Shown piece after piece: positions 39,942 through 50,171 of a stretch of DNA of 64,000 nt. The position numbers were made by a program, and so were the translations under genes. Below the pieces are notes generated by a model that saw only the letters and a list, made by a program, of their open reading frames with translations, did no database searches and had not been told where the DNA came from. Numbering within the stretch: the stretch's first letter is position 1; every line of letters begins with the position of its first letter. Source of the DNA: an uncultured Gemmatimonadaceae bacterium (lineage in GTDB: Bacteria; Gemmatimonadota; Gemmatimonadetes; Gemmatimonadales; Gemmatimonadaceae); the NCBI GenBank assembly GCA_963740355.1, contig CAVUDW010000002.1:2368001-2432000 (forward strand), written 5' to 3'.

Positions 39942-40540
39942 TCGCCTGTGGCGCGTCGCCGACGCCACCAGATGACGGCACCCACGACGACCACGATCGC
40001 GACGGCCACCAATCCCGAGACACGCGTCGCGGAACCAATCAGGCGTTGCAACTCATCGAGGTTCTGCCCGAAGCGAAAGCCGAGCCAGGCGATCGCACCG
40101 TACCAGATGGCCGATGCGATCGCCATCGCCGGCACGACTTGTCGCAAGGGAATCCTGAGCGCGCCTGCGAATGGCGGTACGATCGCGCGAACGCCAGGCA
40201 GGAAGCGACTCACGAACAATGCCCACCCGCCATACGACGAATACATCTTCGCGACGCGCGCTTCCGCATCGGCACCGCCGAAACGCTTCATCAGTGCGGC
40301 GCTACCGTATTTTCGGCCGACGAAATACATGCCGATCGCACCGCACAGGTTGCCAGCCCAGATCGAGGTGGCCGCCACGATCAACGAGCCCTGGCCGCGT
40401 GCCGCGAGAAAACTGCCCACACCGACCACGGTGTCCGCTGGGATGGGCGGAAAGATGTTTTCGGCTGCCGCGATCAGCGCCAGCGACGAATACAGCGCCC
40501 ACGTTGGGAGCGACGAAAGCCACTCCAGTACGGCATTCAC
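39938..40540 (-). CDS. DedA-family membrane protein
   Basis: ENIFPPIP, YFVGR, SRFLPGVR. Confidence 0.9.
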   Translation of the reverse strand: MNAVLEWLSSLPTWALYSSLALIAAAENIFPPIPADTVVGVGSFLAARGQGSLIVAATSIWAGNLCGAIGMYFVGRKYGSAALMKRFGGADAEARVAKMYSSYGGWALFVSRFLPGVRAIVPPFAGALRIPLRQVVPAMAIASAIWYGAIAWLGFRFGQNLDELQRLIGSATRVSGLVAVAIVVVVGAVIWWRRRRATGE

Positions 40541-40543
40541 TGG

Positions 40544-41545
40544 CTAGTTCGCAGTGCGGACCGGGATGAGCGTTGCGACGGCCATACATGCGAGTCCTTC
40601 GCCGCGGCCAACCCAGCCCATCCCCTCGTTGGTCTTGGCTTTCACGCTCACGCCATCCGTCGGCAAGCCAAGCGCATTCGCGAGCGCCCCGCGCATTGCA
40701 TCGCGATATGGCAGCAGCTTCGGCCGCTCGACGATCACCGTCACGTCGACCTGCGCCACACGCCAACCGCGCTTTTCCGCTGCCTGGCACGCGAGGCGCA
40801 GCATCTCGATCGAGCTGCGGCCCTTGTTCGCTGGATCCGTGTCGGGGAACAGTTCCCCTATGTCACCAGCCCCCGCGCCACCGAGGATCGCATCGGTGAG
40901 CGCATGACAGACCGCGTCGGCATCGGAATGTCCCACGAGCTTGATGTCGCCGGGAATCTCGATGCCGCCGAGAATCATCGGACCGCCGACCCCGAAGCGA
41001 TGCGAGTCGTAGCCGATGCCGGTACGGACCGGCAGCGATGGCGCAAAGGTCGGCGGGAAGGTGACATCGAGAATCTCGATGCCAGCCAGCGGGTCTGGCG
41101 CGCCCGGCTGACGCAGCACGCCGCGCGCTTCCGGGAACACGCCCCACAACAGCGGCGGCGTGACACCTGATGCGGCCAGCAACTTTCCCGCCCATGTGGT
41201 TTGGTCCTGCGCTGCGGCCATCAGGATGTCAGCATCCGAGATCTCGGATGCGCCGCACTGTTCAGAGATTCGCCCTGCCCGCTCCAGCACATGTTCCGGT
41301 GCGTCGTCGATCTCGGCCAGCAGTGCTCCAGTGCGTGCGAGATGAATGTCCCGGCGCGCATCCAGCTGCAGTGCGGCGGGGTTCACTCCCAGCAGGCGGA
41401 GCGCTGTTTGTGACCCCTCAGCGCCTGGCTCGAGAAGGCCGAGCAGCAGGTGCAGCGACGACAGCGTGGGATCGCCGATGCGCTCCATCTCGACCATTGC
41501 GAAGTCGATGGCCTTGCGAGCAGAAGCCTGAAACCGAACGGGCAT
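40544..41545 (-). CDS. ispF: MEcPP synthase IspF fused to an N-terminal Clp repeat (ClpA/B/C N-domain-like)
   Basis: C-terminus GIGYDSHR, GHSDAD..HALTDAILG, GDIG..FP, VKAKTNEG; N-terminus RFQASARKAI..A....HLLLGLL plus a second degenerate repeat. Confidence 0.9.
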   Translation of the reverse strand: MPVRFQASARKAIDFAMVEMERIGDPTLSSLHLLLGLLEPGAEGSQTALRLLGVNPAALQLDARRDIHLARTGALLAEIDDAPEHVLERAGRISEQCGASEISDADILMAAAQDQTTWAGKLLAASGVTPPLLWGVFPEARGVLRQPGAPDPLAGIEILDVTFPPTFAPSLPVRTGIGYDSHRFGVGGPMILGGIEIPGDIKLVGHSDADAVCHALTDAILGGAGAGDIGELFPDTDPANKGRSSIEMLRLACQAAEKRGWRVAQVDVTVIVERPKLLPYRDAMRGALANALGLPTDGVSVKAKTNEGMGWVGRGEGLACMAVATLIPVRTAN

Positions 41546-41596
41546 GAGCGGGAGAGTCGGGGACGGGAGCGAGCAGCGAGCGCGAACAGCGAACGA

Positions 41597-42634
41597 TCAG
41601 GCGGCGACGGCTTCGGCTTCGATCGGGAGAATTGAATAGTCCTGCCGGCGACGGGCCGCCGTGAATCCCGCGTCGTGAATCAGGCGCTCGAGTTCCTTGG
41701 TGGTGGTGCGATAGGTCGTGTTCGCCGCCGACACCACGTTCTCCTCGATCATCAGCGAGCCGAAGTCGTTGCAGCCGTAGCGCAACGCCATCTGTCCAAC
41801 CTTCATGCCCATTGTGACCCAGCTGCTCTGCAGGTTCGGCACGTTGTCGAGCACGAGGCGGCTGATCGCAACCGTGCGCAGGTACTCCGTCGCGTCGGTC
41901 TTCTGGTAGTGCGAGAACTCCGGCGTATTCTCGGGCTGCAACGGCCAGGTGATGAAGGCGGTGAAGCCACCGGTGCGCGCCTGCAGTGCTCGCACGCGAT
42001 CGAGATGCTCGATGCGCTCCGCCAGCGTTTCGCCGAGTCCGTACATCATCGTCACCGACGTCTTCATCCCTTCCTGGTGCGCAATCTCCATCATCTCGAG
42101 CCAGCGATCGGCGCCGGCCTTCTTCGGTGCGGCGTAGTCGCGGACACGCTGCACCAGAATCTCGCCGCCGCCGCCCGGAATGGAATCGAGGCCGGCCGAC
42201 TTCAACTCGCGGATGACCTCGCGCGGGTCCATGCGGAACAGCGTCGCAAAGAAATCGACTTCGCTCGGGCTGAATCCGTGAATGTGGATCGGATGGTTGC
42301 GCTTGATGTAGCGCAGCAGGTCGAGATACCACTCGAACGGGATGTACGGATTGTGCCCGCCCTGGATCAGGATCTGCACGCCGCCAAGCGCCTTCGTTTC
42401 ATCGATCTTCTGCCCGATCTGCTCGAACGAGAGCGTGTAGCCCTCGTTGTGCTTGGGCCGCCGCGCGAACGCACAGAAGCCGCAATCCGCCACACAGACG
42501 TTCGTGTAGTTGATGTTGCGATCGACGATGTAGGTCACCACGCCTTCGGGGTGCAGTCGTTCGCGCACCTTGTCGGCTTCGAACCCAAGTTCGAGGAGCG
42601 GGGCGTTGGTGTAGAAGTCGAGAATATCGCGCAT
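41597..42634 (-). CDS. mqnC: Cyclic dehypoxanthine futalosine synthase (radical SAM)
   Basis: DRNINYTNVCVADCGFCAF, QGGHNP, SIPGGGGEIL, QSSWVT, NDFGS..IEENVV. Confidence 0.93.
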   Translation of the reverse strand: MRDILDFYTNAPLLELGFEADKVRERLHPEGVVTYIVDRNINYTNVCVADCGFCAFARRPKHNEGYTLSFEQIGQKIDETKALGGVQILIQGGHNPYIPFEWYLDLLRYIKRNHPIHIHGFSPSEVDFFATLFRMDPREVIRELKSAGLDSIPGGGGEILVQRVRDYAAPKKAGADRWLEMMEIAHQEGMKTSVTMMYGLGETLAERIEHLDRVRALQARTGGFTAFITWPLQPENTPEFSHYQKTDATEYLRTVAISRLVLDNVPNLQSSWVTMGMKVGQMALRYGCNDFGSLMIEENVVSAANTTYRTTTKELERLIHDAGFTAARRRQDYSILPIEAEAVAA

Positions 42635-42640
42635 GTGGCC

Positions 42641-43480
42641 TCAGGCCGCGGAAAGGAAGACGAGTGGACGTGCCTGCACCCGGCCCGCGGCATCGAGCCG
42701 GCGGTAGAACTCGGTCAGTCCCTGGAGGTGCGGCAACGACAGGCGGTAGTCGAGCCCACTGAAGTACAACGCACAGATGTCACGAGGCACGCCGGTGGTG
42801 GCGGCTGCCTGTTCCGCCAGGATCGGCAGGTTGGCCACGCCCCAGTCACGAGACGCGATCAGGCCGGCGTGCACACGAAGCGCCTCGGCCACAGGCGTGG
42901 AACGCTGGGCAACCCAGACGGCAAACACGAACGGCAACCCGGTCCACTCCTTCCACTCCTGCCCGAGGTCGACGTGGTGCGGATACACCTTGCTGACCGC
43001 GTTCGTGCCGGACGACAGCAGCAGCGCTGCATCGCCGATCACCAGGCGTGCATCATGTGGTTCGCTGCCAAAATGTGCGATATCGGCACTTTCGGCGTCG
43101 GCGGGCACGAGCCGAGGAGACACACCCCAGCGTTCACGGAACATCAGGGCCAGCAACTCGACGGATGTCATGCTGCTGCGTGACACGAGCACCGTGGCGC
43201 CATCGAGATCGGCCACCGGACGCTTGCTGAAAAGCATGACGCTGCGGACCGGACCATCGGAGGTTATCGCCAGATCAGGCAACAGCAAGTATCGCTCGGC
43301 ATGCAGCGCGTACTCGACGGCACTGACGACGCTGACGTCGAGCGTCCCAGCGGCCATCTCTGCATTCAATGCACTCGGCACACCATCCACCATCGCAGCA
43401 TCGATCGACACGATTCCACGGTCCACCGCGCCGTACACCGGGTAGGTGTTGATGTACCAGATCCGCCCGACGCGCAGCAT
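42641..43480 (-). CDS. mqnA: Chorismate dehydratase
   Basis: VGRIWYIN, PSALN, GPVRSV, SMTS, IGDAAL, GLPFVFAVW. Confidence 0.92.
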   Translation of the reverse strand: MLRVGRIWYINTYPVYGAVDRGIVSIDAAMVDGVPSALNAEMAAGTLDVSVVSAVEYALHAERYLLLPDLAITSDGPVRSVMLFSKRPVADLDGATVLVSRSSMTSVELLALMFRERWGVSPRLVPADAESADIAHFGSEPHDARLVIGDAALLLSSGTNAVSKVYPHHVDLGQEWKEWTGLPFVFAVWVAQRSTPVAEALRVHAGLIASRDWGVANLPILAEQAAATTGVPRDICALYFSGLDYRLSLPHLQGLTEFYRRLDAAGRVQARPLVFLSAA

Positions 43481-43481
43481 C

Positions 43482-44654
43482 TCAGGCCGCCGCGCCGACG
43501 GCTTCGGCGGGGGCATCCTCGAAGGTGCGGATGACCTCGTAGAACGAGTTGCGTTCTGCGGGCTGCTTGCCGGCGCCACGAATCAGTCGAAGCAATTCGT
43601 CCAGCGTCATGCCCTGCTTGGTCTGTGCACCGACGGCGTGGTAGATCTTCTCGCGCACCACGGTGCCTTCGATGTCGTTGACGCCGAACGCCAGCGAAAT
43701 CTGCGTCAATGACGGCGAGACCATGATCCAGTGCGACTTGATGTGCTCGAAGTTGTCGAGATACAGTCGGCCGACTGCGAGGTTGCGCAGGTCGTCGAAA
43801 CCGGTGGTGCTGGTCCCCTCGCGTCCCAGTTCCTTCCCGAGTTCGTTGTCATCCGGGTGGTACGCGAGCGGAATGAAGGCCAGGAATCCGCCAGTGTCAT
43901 CCTGCAGGTCGCGGAGCATCGTCAGGTGCTCGACGCGATCCTCGATGGTCTCGACATGCCCGTAGAGCATCGTGCAGTTGCTGCGAATTCCCAGCGCGTG
44001 CGCGGCGCGGTGCACGTTGATGTAGTCCGCACCACCGAGCTTCTTGTCGGCGATGAGGTCACGCACGGCGGCACTGAACGTCTCCGCGCCACCGCCCGGC
44101 AGCGTGTCGAGGCCGGCTTCACGCAAGGCGATCAGCACGTCGGTCCACGACATCTTCTCGATGCGCGCGATGTGCGCGATCTCGACCGCCGTCAACGCCT
44201 TGATGTGGACCTGCGGGTGCGCCGCCTTGAGGGCGCGAAACAAGGTGGTGTAGTACTCCAGCCCGGCCTGCATGTCGAGGCCACCCACGATGTGGAATTC
44301 GCGCGTCATGCTGTCGGCGGCCTGTGCTGCCTCCGCAAGTACCTGCTCGATCGAGTAGCGGTACGCGCCCTCTTCCTTCGGCAGGCGTGCGTAGCCGCAG
44401 AAGACACAGGTCTTCCGCAGCACGCAGATGTTGGTCGGGTTGATGTGCTGGTTCGACGCAAACGTCACGACGTCGCCATGCCGAGCACGATTCACGGCGT
44501 CCGCCAGGTGGCCCACGCCCAGCAAGTCCGGCGATCGGTAGAGCGTGATCGCATCGGCCGCCGTCAGCCGCTCGCCGCGGCGCACCTTCTCACCGATCGG
44601 GTGGAGCGCAGCATCGCGCAGGCGGTCGACATTGACGAGCGGTACGGCGGACAT
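43482..44654 (-). CDS. mqnE: Aminofutalosine synthase (radical SAM)
   Basis: HINPTNICVLRKTCVFC, EFHIVGG, KALTAVEI, TMLYGHVE, HIKSHW, GTVVREKI. Confidence 0.92.
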   Translation of the reverse strand: MSAVPLVNVDRLRDAALHPIGEKVRRGERLTAADAITLYRSPDLLGVGHLADAVNRARHGDVVTFASNQHINPTNICVLRKTCVFCGYARLPKEEGAYRYSIEQVLAEAAQAADSMTREFHIVGGLDMQAGLEYYTTLFRALKAAHPQVHIKALTAVEIAHIARIEKMSWTDVLIALREAGLDTLPGGGAETFSAAVRDLIADKKLGGADYINVHRAAHALGIRSNCTMLYGHVETIEDRVEHLTMLRDLQDDTGGFLAFIPLAYHPDDNELGKELGREGTSTTGFDDLRNLAVGRLYLDNFEHIKSHWIMVSPSLTQISLAFGVNDIEGTVVREKIYHAVGAQTKQGMTLDELLRLIRGAGKQPAERNSFYEVIRTFEDAPAEAVGAAA

Positions 44655-44661
44655 ACGGCAG

Positions 44662-45906
44662 TTACTCCTGATATCGTCGGACGACGATGGACACGTTGTG
44701 ACCACCGAATCCTGAACTGTTGCTGAGGGCCACGTTGACGGTGCGTTCCTTCGCCGTGTTTGGCGTCACATCCAGGTCGCAGGCGGGGTCAGGCGTGGTG
44801 TAGTTGATCGTCGGGGGAACGATTCCGTCGCGCATCGCCAACGTGCAGGCGATGAACTCCACGGAACCTGCGGCGCCGAGCATGTGCCCGGTGGCCGACT
44901 TGGTCGAACTCACGCTCAGCCGGTCGGCGTGCTCACCGAACACCGCACGGATGCCTCGACACTCATTCGAATCGTTGAGCGGCGTGGACGTTCCATGCGC
45001 GTTGATGTAGTCCACGTCGCTGGTGGCGAGCCCGGCGTCCTTGAGGGCCAGCTTCATCGACCGCTGCAGGCCTTCGTGGGCATCGGGTTGCCCGGTGAGG
45101 CTGTGTGCATCGCCGGTCGAACCATACCCCGCCACTTCTCCATAGATATGAGCGCCACGGCGGCGTGCATGTTCCAATTCCTCGAGGACCACGATCCCGG
45201 CGCCCTCGCCCAGCACGAAGCCATCGCGCGTGAGGTCGAACGGGCGCGACGCATGCTCGGCATCGTCATTCCGGCTCGAGAGCGCACCCATGCTGGCGAA
45301 ACCACCGATCGACATCGGCGTCACGGCCGCTTCCGACCCGCCAGCGATCATGATGTCCGCATCACCGTACATGATCGAGCGCATCGACATGCCGATCGCA
45401 TGCGCACTGGTGGCGCAGGCAGAGACGGTGGCGAAATTCGGTCCACGACAATTGAAGTGCATCGAAACCACGCCGGCCGCGATATCGACGATGTACATCG
45501 GCACGAAGAACGGCGAGATACGCTTCGGCCCGCCCGTCATGTAGTTCGTGTGCTGGTCTTCCATCGTCTTCAACCCGCCGATACCGCTGCCGATGATCAC
45601 CCCGCAGCGATCCGGATCGAACCCGCCATCGGCGAGTCCGGCATCACGCATGGCCTGCACAGAGGCCGCCACGGCGTACTGCGTATACAGGTCGGCGCGC
45701 TTGCCTTCCTTGCGCTCCATGTACAACGACACGTCGAAGTCCTTCACTTCGCACGCAAAGCGCGTCGCGAACTTCTCCGCATCGAACTTCGTGATCGGAC
45801 CTGCCCCGCTGACACCCGCGCGGAGTGCGGCCCAGGTCGTCGCCACATCGTTACCGACGGCCGTGAGGCACCCGAGCCCGGTGACGACGACCCGACGTTC
45901 CCTCAT
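44662..45906 (-). CDS. fabF: Beta-ketoacyl-ACP synthase II
   Basis: SACATS, NAHGTST, STKSATGHMLG, GFGGHN. Confidence 0.96.
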   Translation of the reverse strand: MRERRVVVTGLGCLTAVGNDVATTWAALRAGVSGAGPITKFDAEKFATRFACEVKDFDVSLYMERKEGKRADLYTQYAVAASVQAMRDAGLADGGFDPDRCGVIIGSGIGGLKTMEDQHTNYMTGGPKRISPFFVPMYIVDIAAGVVSMHFNCRGPNFATVSACATSAHAIGMSMRSIMYGDADIMIAGGSEAAVTPMSIGGFASMGALSSRNDDAEHASRPFDLTRDGFVLGEGAGIVVLEELEHARRRGAHIYGEVAGYGSTGDAHSLTGQPDAHEGLQRSMKLALKDAGLATSDVDYINAHGTSTPLNDSNECRGIRAVFGEHADRLSVSSTKSATGHMLGAAGSVEFIACTLAMRDGIVPPTINYTTPDPACDLDVTPNTAKERTVNVALSNSSGFGGHNVSIVVRRYQE

Positions 45907-46145
45907 CAGCCCTGCACCTTGGAATTCAGGTAGCCGAGGGCGTCACCGACGGTGCGCAGCTTCTCCGCGTCTTCGTCCGGGATGTCGATGTCGAATTCCT
46001 TCTCGAACTCCATCACGAGTTCCACGATGTCGAGGCTGTCGGCACCGAGGTCCTCGATGAAGCTCGCTTCGTTCGTCAGCTTATCGCGCTCGACACCGAG
46101 TTCGCGCTCGATGATCGTCTTAACCTTCTCCGTATGATCTGCCAT
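45906..46145 (-). CDS. acpP: Acyl carrier protein
   Basis: [14 protein letters not shown]. Confidence 0.97.
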   Translation of the reverse strand: MADHTEKVKTIIERELGVERDKLTNEASFIEDLGADSLDIVELVMEFEKEFDIDIPDEDAEKLRTVGDALGYLNSKVQG

Positions 46146-46215
46146 TTCCGCTCCGTGCGCTGGTTGAGGCGTGGGTGGGTCAGTCGAGGCCGGTGACCGG
46201 CCTTTGGGGCGAACG

Positions 46216-46956
46216 TTACATCACCATGCCGCCATCCACCACAAGGACCTGCCCTGTGATGTAGGCGGCGTGGTCGGACGCGAGGAACGCCACGGCCGAC
46301 GCGATGTCGGAAGGACTTCCAAGCCGTTCGAGTGGAATCTGGCCTTCAAGCGCCTTCCGCTGCTCGTCGCCAAGGGCGGCAGTCATGTCAGTCGCGATGA
46401 AACCAGGTGCCACGGCATTGCAAAGGATGTTGCGTGAGGCGAGTTCCTTCGCCACAGATTTGGTCAGGCCAATGAGGCCTGCCTTGCTCGCCGCGTAATT
46501 GGCTTGACCGCGATTGCCGATTACGCCGACGACACTGCTGATGTTGATGATACGGCCGCTGCGACGCTTCATCATGCCGCGCGACGCCGCACGGATGCTG
46601 GCGAAGGCACCGCGCAGGTTGGCATCGATGACCGCATCCCAATCCTCGTCCTTCAAGCGCACGATCACGTTGTCTTTCGTGAGCCCGGCGTTGTTGACGA
46701 GGATGTCGAGCGTCCCGAAGGCAGCCTCGACGTCGGCCACCAGCGCGCTGACCTGTGCGGTGTCGCTGACGTCGCACGCGAAGCCCTTGGCGCCGTGCCC
46801 GATCTCGGCTGCCGCGGCCTCAGCGCGTGGCAAATCGCGGCCCACGACGGCCACCCTCGCGCCAGCGCCCGCCAGCGTTTCCGCGATCGCACGACCGATC
46901 CCCCGGGTGCTCCCGGTGACCAGCGCCACTTTCCCACTCAGATCGATCTGCATCAT
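46216..46956 (-). CDS. fabG: 3-oxoacyl-ACP reductase
   Basis: [22 protein letters not shown]; real start MMQIDL rather than the track's 47460. Confidence 0.96.
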   Translation of the reverse strand: MMQIDLSGKVALVTGSTRGIGRAIAETLAGAGARVAVVGRDLPRAEAAAAEIGHGAKGFACDVSDTAQVSALVADVEAAFGTLDILVNNAGLTKDNVIVRLKDEDWDAVIDANLRGAFASIRAASRGMMKRRSGRIINISSVVGVIGNRGQANYAASKAGLIGLTKSVAKELASRNILCNAVAPGFIATDMTAALGDEQRKALEGQIPLERLGSPSDIASAVAFLASDHAAYITGQVLVVDGGMVM

Positions 46957-47897
46957 GCCGCCTGAAGAGCGAGAATCGCGTCGAGGTTCGCGGCGGTGCC
47001 AGCCGGCAGCACATGCGCATCGGGGACGATTTTGCGGATGAGTCCGCCAAGCACGTGACCGGGGCCCAGTTCGAGGAACGTGATACCGGGGTAATCCGCC
47101 GCGATATGGCGAATCGTCTCGGTCCAGCGCACCGGCGCCACAATCTGGTTGCCGAGCAGTTCGCGAGCCGCCTCGGCGCCCGTGACCGCCATCCCGGTGA
47201 TGTTGGCATACACCGGAATGCGCGAGTCGTGCATCGTGACGTCCGCCAGCGCCGCTTCCCATCCCGTCCGGGCAGATTCCATCAGCGGCGAATGGAACGC
47301 GCCGCTCACCTGCAGCTTCATGCACTTGCGTGCGCCATGCTCCTTGGCGAGCTCGATCAACCGGTCCACGCCCGCCGGATCGCCAGAGACCACGACCTGT
47401 CCCGGCGAATTGAAATTCGCTGGCACGACCACGCCCGCTTCCTTCGTGGCTCGATCGCAAAGCTCTCGCACGCGAACGGTCAAATCGCCGAGGATGGCGG
47501 CCATTGCCCCTGGACGTGCCTGACCGGCGGCCTGCATCAACTCGCCGCGCTTGCGCACGAGTTTGACCGCGGTCTCGAAATCGAAGGTCCCGGCGGCGAC
47601 GTGCGCCGTGAACTCACCGAGCGAGTGGCCTGCCGCGCAGCGGACCCGCGCGCCGAACTGCTCGCGCAGGATGCGCCAGACGGCGACACCATGCGTCAGC
47701 AATGCCGGCTGCGCGTTGTGGGTCTCCATCAGCGTTTCCGCCGGCCCTTCGAAACAGAGTTTCGAGAGCGGAAAGCCAAGTGCCGCGTCCGCCTCACGGA
47801 ATGTCTCCGCCGCAATCGGATGCGCCTCGACGAGGTCATGCGCCATGCCGGGCTTCTGCGAGCCCTGGCCCGGGAAGACGAGTGCGATGTCCATCAT
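46953..47897 (-). CDS. fabD: Malonyl-CoA:ACP transacylase
   Basis: FPGQGSQ, GHSLGE, SGAFHS. Confidence 0.96.
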   Translation of the reverse strand: MMDIALVFPGQGSQKPGMAHDLVEAHPIAAETFREADAALGFPLSKLCFEGPAETLMETHNAQPALLTHGVAVWRILREQFGARVRCAAGHSLGEFTAHVAAGTFDFETAVKLVRKRGELMQAAGQARPGAMAAILGDLTVRVRELCDRATKEAGVVVPANFNSPGQVVVSGDPAGVDRLIELAKEHGARKCMKLQVSGAFHSPLMESARTGWEAALADVTMHDSRIPVYANITGMAVTGAEAARELLGNQIVAPVRWTETIRHIAADYPGITFLELGPGHVLGGLIRKIVPDAHVLPAGTAANLDAILALQAA

Positions 47898-48883
47898 AGC
47901 CGCACCACCATCGAGCCCCACGTGAAGCCGGCGCCGAAGGCGCAGAGGAGCACGGTGTCTCCTGACCGCACACGACCCGAGCTGATCGCTTCATCGAGCG
48001 CAATGCCGATGGAAGCCGACGAGGTATTTCCGAAGCGATTCACGTTCACGTACACCTTGTCCATGGGGACATTGGCATGCTTGGCGGTCGCCTCGATGAT
48101 CCGGACGTTGGCCTGATGCGGAATGAGGAGATCGATGTCTGCTCCTGTCAGGCGCGCGCCATCGAGCGCGCGGTCGCAGGACTCAGCCATCATGCGGACG
48201 GCATGCTTGAACACCTCGCGGCCGGCCATCCTGACGTAGGTCGACCGATCCTCGAGTACCGGCAGCGAGAACGGCTGTCGCGCGCCGCCAGAGGGGCGCC
48301 AGAGGAGTTCGGCCAGCTGGCCGTCGGTGCGCATGAAGGCGGACAGGATGCCGCGCTTGCCATCGCTGCGACGTACGATCGCGGCGCCGGCGCCGTCGCC
48401 GAACAAGACTGCCGTGCTGCGATCCTGCCAGTCGACGATCGCGCTCATCTTTTCGGAGCCGATCACCAGTGCGGTTTCGATGGTGCCGGCGGCGATCAGC
48501 CCTTCAGCGATCGTCAGTCCATACAGCCAGCCGCTGCACGCGGCCGAGATGTCGAAGGCCGAGGCGCGTGACGCACCGAGTGCGGCCTGGATGTCGACGG
48601 CGGTGGCCGGCAGGAGGCGATCCTGCGTGGCGGTCGAGAGGATGATGGTGTCGATTTCCGCCGCGGTGATGCCGGCTTTTTGCATCGCCTTGCGTGAGGC
48701 GTCGGCGCCCATGCTGCAGGTCGACTCGCCGTCGCGCGAGATGTGACGCTGCACGATCCCGGACCGTTCGAAGATCCATTCGTGGGACGTGTCGATGCCG
48801 ATCGCTGCGAAGTCGTGATTCGTCATCACGTGCTTCGGAACGCTGTACCCGGTGCCGGTCAGTGCCGCGATAGGACGCTTCAT
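47894..48883 (-). CDS. fabH: Beta-ketoacyl-ACP synthase III
   Basis: AACSG, FGDGAGA, PHQAN, GNTSSAS, FGAGFTWG. Confidence 0.96.
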   Translation of the reverse strand: MKRPIAALTGTGYSVPKHVMTNHDFAAIGIDTSHEWIFERSGIVQRHISRDGESTCSMGADASRKAMQKAGITAAEIDTIILSTATQDRLLPATAVDIQAALGASRASAFDISAACSGWLYGLTIAEGLIAAGTIETALVIGSEKMSAIVDWQDRSTAVLFGDGAGAAIVRRSDGKRGILSAFMRTDGQLAELLWRPSGGARQPFSLPVLEDRSTYVRMAGREVFKHAVRMMAESCDRALDGARLTGADIDLLIPHQANVRIIEATAKHANVPMDKVYVNVNRFGNTSSASIGIALDEAISSGRVRSGDTVLLCAFGAGFTWGSMVVRL

Positions 48884-48943
48884 GGCCTCATTCCCGCAGC
48901 CGTCGACTCACCGCCCAGCCAGGTGCATCGACGCCGCATGGTG

Positions 48944-49960
48944 TCAGGCCGCGGAAGCCGCCGCGGCGAGTCGTCGTCCGATATGCTCGGACATGTGCGA
49001 CTCAGCCGCCCGAACGGCGACATTCACGGCGTTCTTGATGGCGCGCGGCGATGAACTGCCGTGCGCAATGATGCTCACGCCCTGGACGCCCAGCAGCGGC
49101 GCGCCGCCGTAGCTGGAATGATCCAGGTGCGCGAGGCCCTTCAGCAACTCGTGCGGATCGCGGTCGATCGATTTCGCGATCATCCGAATCAGCGTAGGCG
49201 CGAGGCCCTCATAAAACTTCAGGATGACGTTGCCAGTGAAGCCATCACACACGACGACGTCGAACGGGCCGCGATCGCAGGCCCCGGCGGCAACATCGCG
49301 GCCTTCGACGTTGCCGATGAAATGGAGCTCGGTCTGCGCGAGGAGTTTGTGCGCTTCCTTGACGGCAGCGTTGCCCTTCTCCGGCTCTTCGCCGATGCTG
49401 AGCAAGCCCACCGACGGATTCGTTCGGCCAAGGATGTCCTCGGCGTAGACCAGTCCAAGCCGGGCGAAATGCACCAGCTCTTCCGGACTGCAATCGACGT
49501 TGGCGCCGCTGTCGAGCACGACCACCGTTTGCAGTGCCGTCGGGAAAATGGTGCCGATGGCTGGCCGCTTTAGCCCTGCGTGCAAGCCGAGCAGTTGCAC
49601 CGAGGCGGCCATCTGCGCGCCGGTGTTGCCGGCGCTGACGAACGCATCGGCATCGCCCTCAGCGTGCCGCCGAATGCCGACGGCCATCGACGATTGCGGG
49701 CGACGCATGACGGCCGTTGGCTTGTCGGCCATCCCGATGATGTCCGGGGCATCGATGACATCGATGCGAGCACGGTGTGCTGCGTGCGCGGCGTATTCGC
49801 CCGCGACGGCGCCATCGAGCGCGGCCTCTACCTCAGCCTCGCGTCCGATCAGCTGGATGCGGTGCTCAGGCCCCAGTTCTGCGAGGGCGAGCAACGCACC
49901 ACCCACCGGTGCGGTGGGGGCGAAATCGCCACCCATCGCATCCAGGGCGATCCGGGCCAA
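48944..49960 (-). CDS. plsX: Phosphate acyltransferase
   Basis: LDAMGGDFAP, SAGNTGA, GNVEG, CDGFTGN. Confidence 0.96.
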   Translation of the reverse strand: MARIALDAMGGDFAPTAPVGGALLALAELGPEHRIQLIGREAEVEAALDGAVAGEYAAHAAHRARIDVIDAPDIIGMADKPTAVMRRPQSSMAVGIRRHAEGDADAFVSAGNTGAQMAASVQLLGLHAGLKRPAIGTIFPTALQTVVVLDSGANVDCSPEELVHFARLGLVYAEDILGRTNPSVGLLSIGEEPEKGNAAVKEAHKLLAQTELHFIGNVEGRDVAAGACDRGPFDVVVCDGFTGNVILKFYEGLAPTLIRMIAKSIDRDPHELLKGLAHLDHSSYGGAPLLGVQGVSIIAHGSSSPRAIKNAVNVAVRAAESHMSEHIGRRLAAAASAA

Positions 49961-49963
49961 GGC

Positions 49964-50146
49964 TCAGCCTTCCCGGGCCGCGATCCGCTGCTCACCGCCG
50001 TAGTATCCGCACTCGTCGCAGACACGATGGGGACGCTTCATGCTCGAGCACTGGGGGCACTTCTGGATCACGATCCGCGGCGCAACCTTGTGCGTGTTGC
50101 GGAGACGCTTGCGCTGCTTGGATGTCCTGCGCTTCGGTACGGCCAT
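49964..50146 (-). CDS. rpmF: 50S ribosomal protein L32 (zinc-ribbon form)
   Basis: MAVPKRRTSK, CPQC...HRVCDECGYY. Confidence 0.97.
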   Translation of the reverse strand: MAVPKRRTSKQRKRLRNTHKVAPRIVIQKCPQCSSMKRPHRVCDECGYYGGEQRIAAREG

Positions 50147-50171
50147 GGGTCAATTCCCGGTATAAGACGAG

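Noticed and set aside
48880..48940. 19-codon mini-ORF between plsX and fabH ending in an ATGA overlap
   Set aside because: Too short, no SD and no other support; likely chance.
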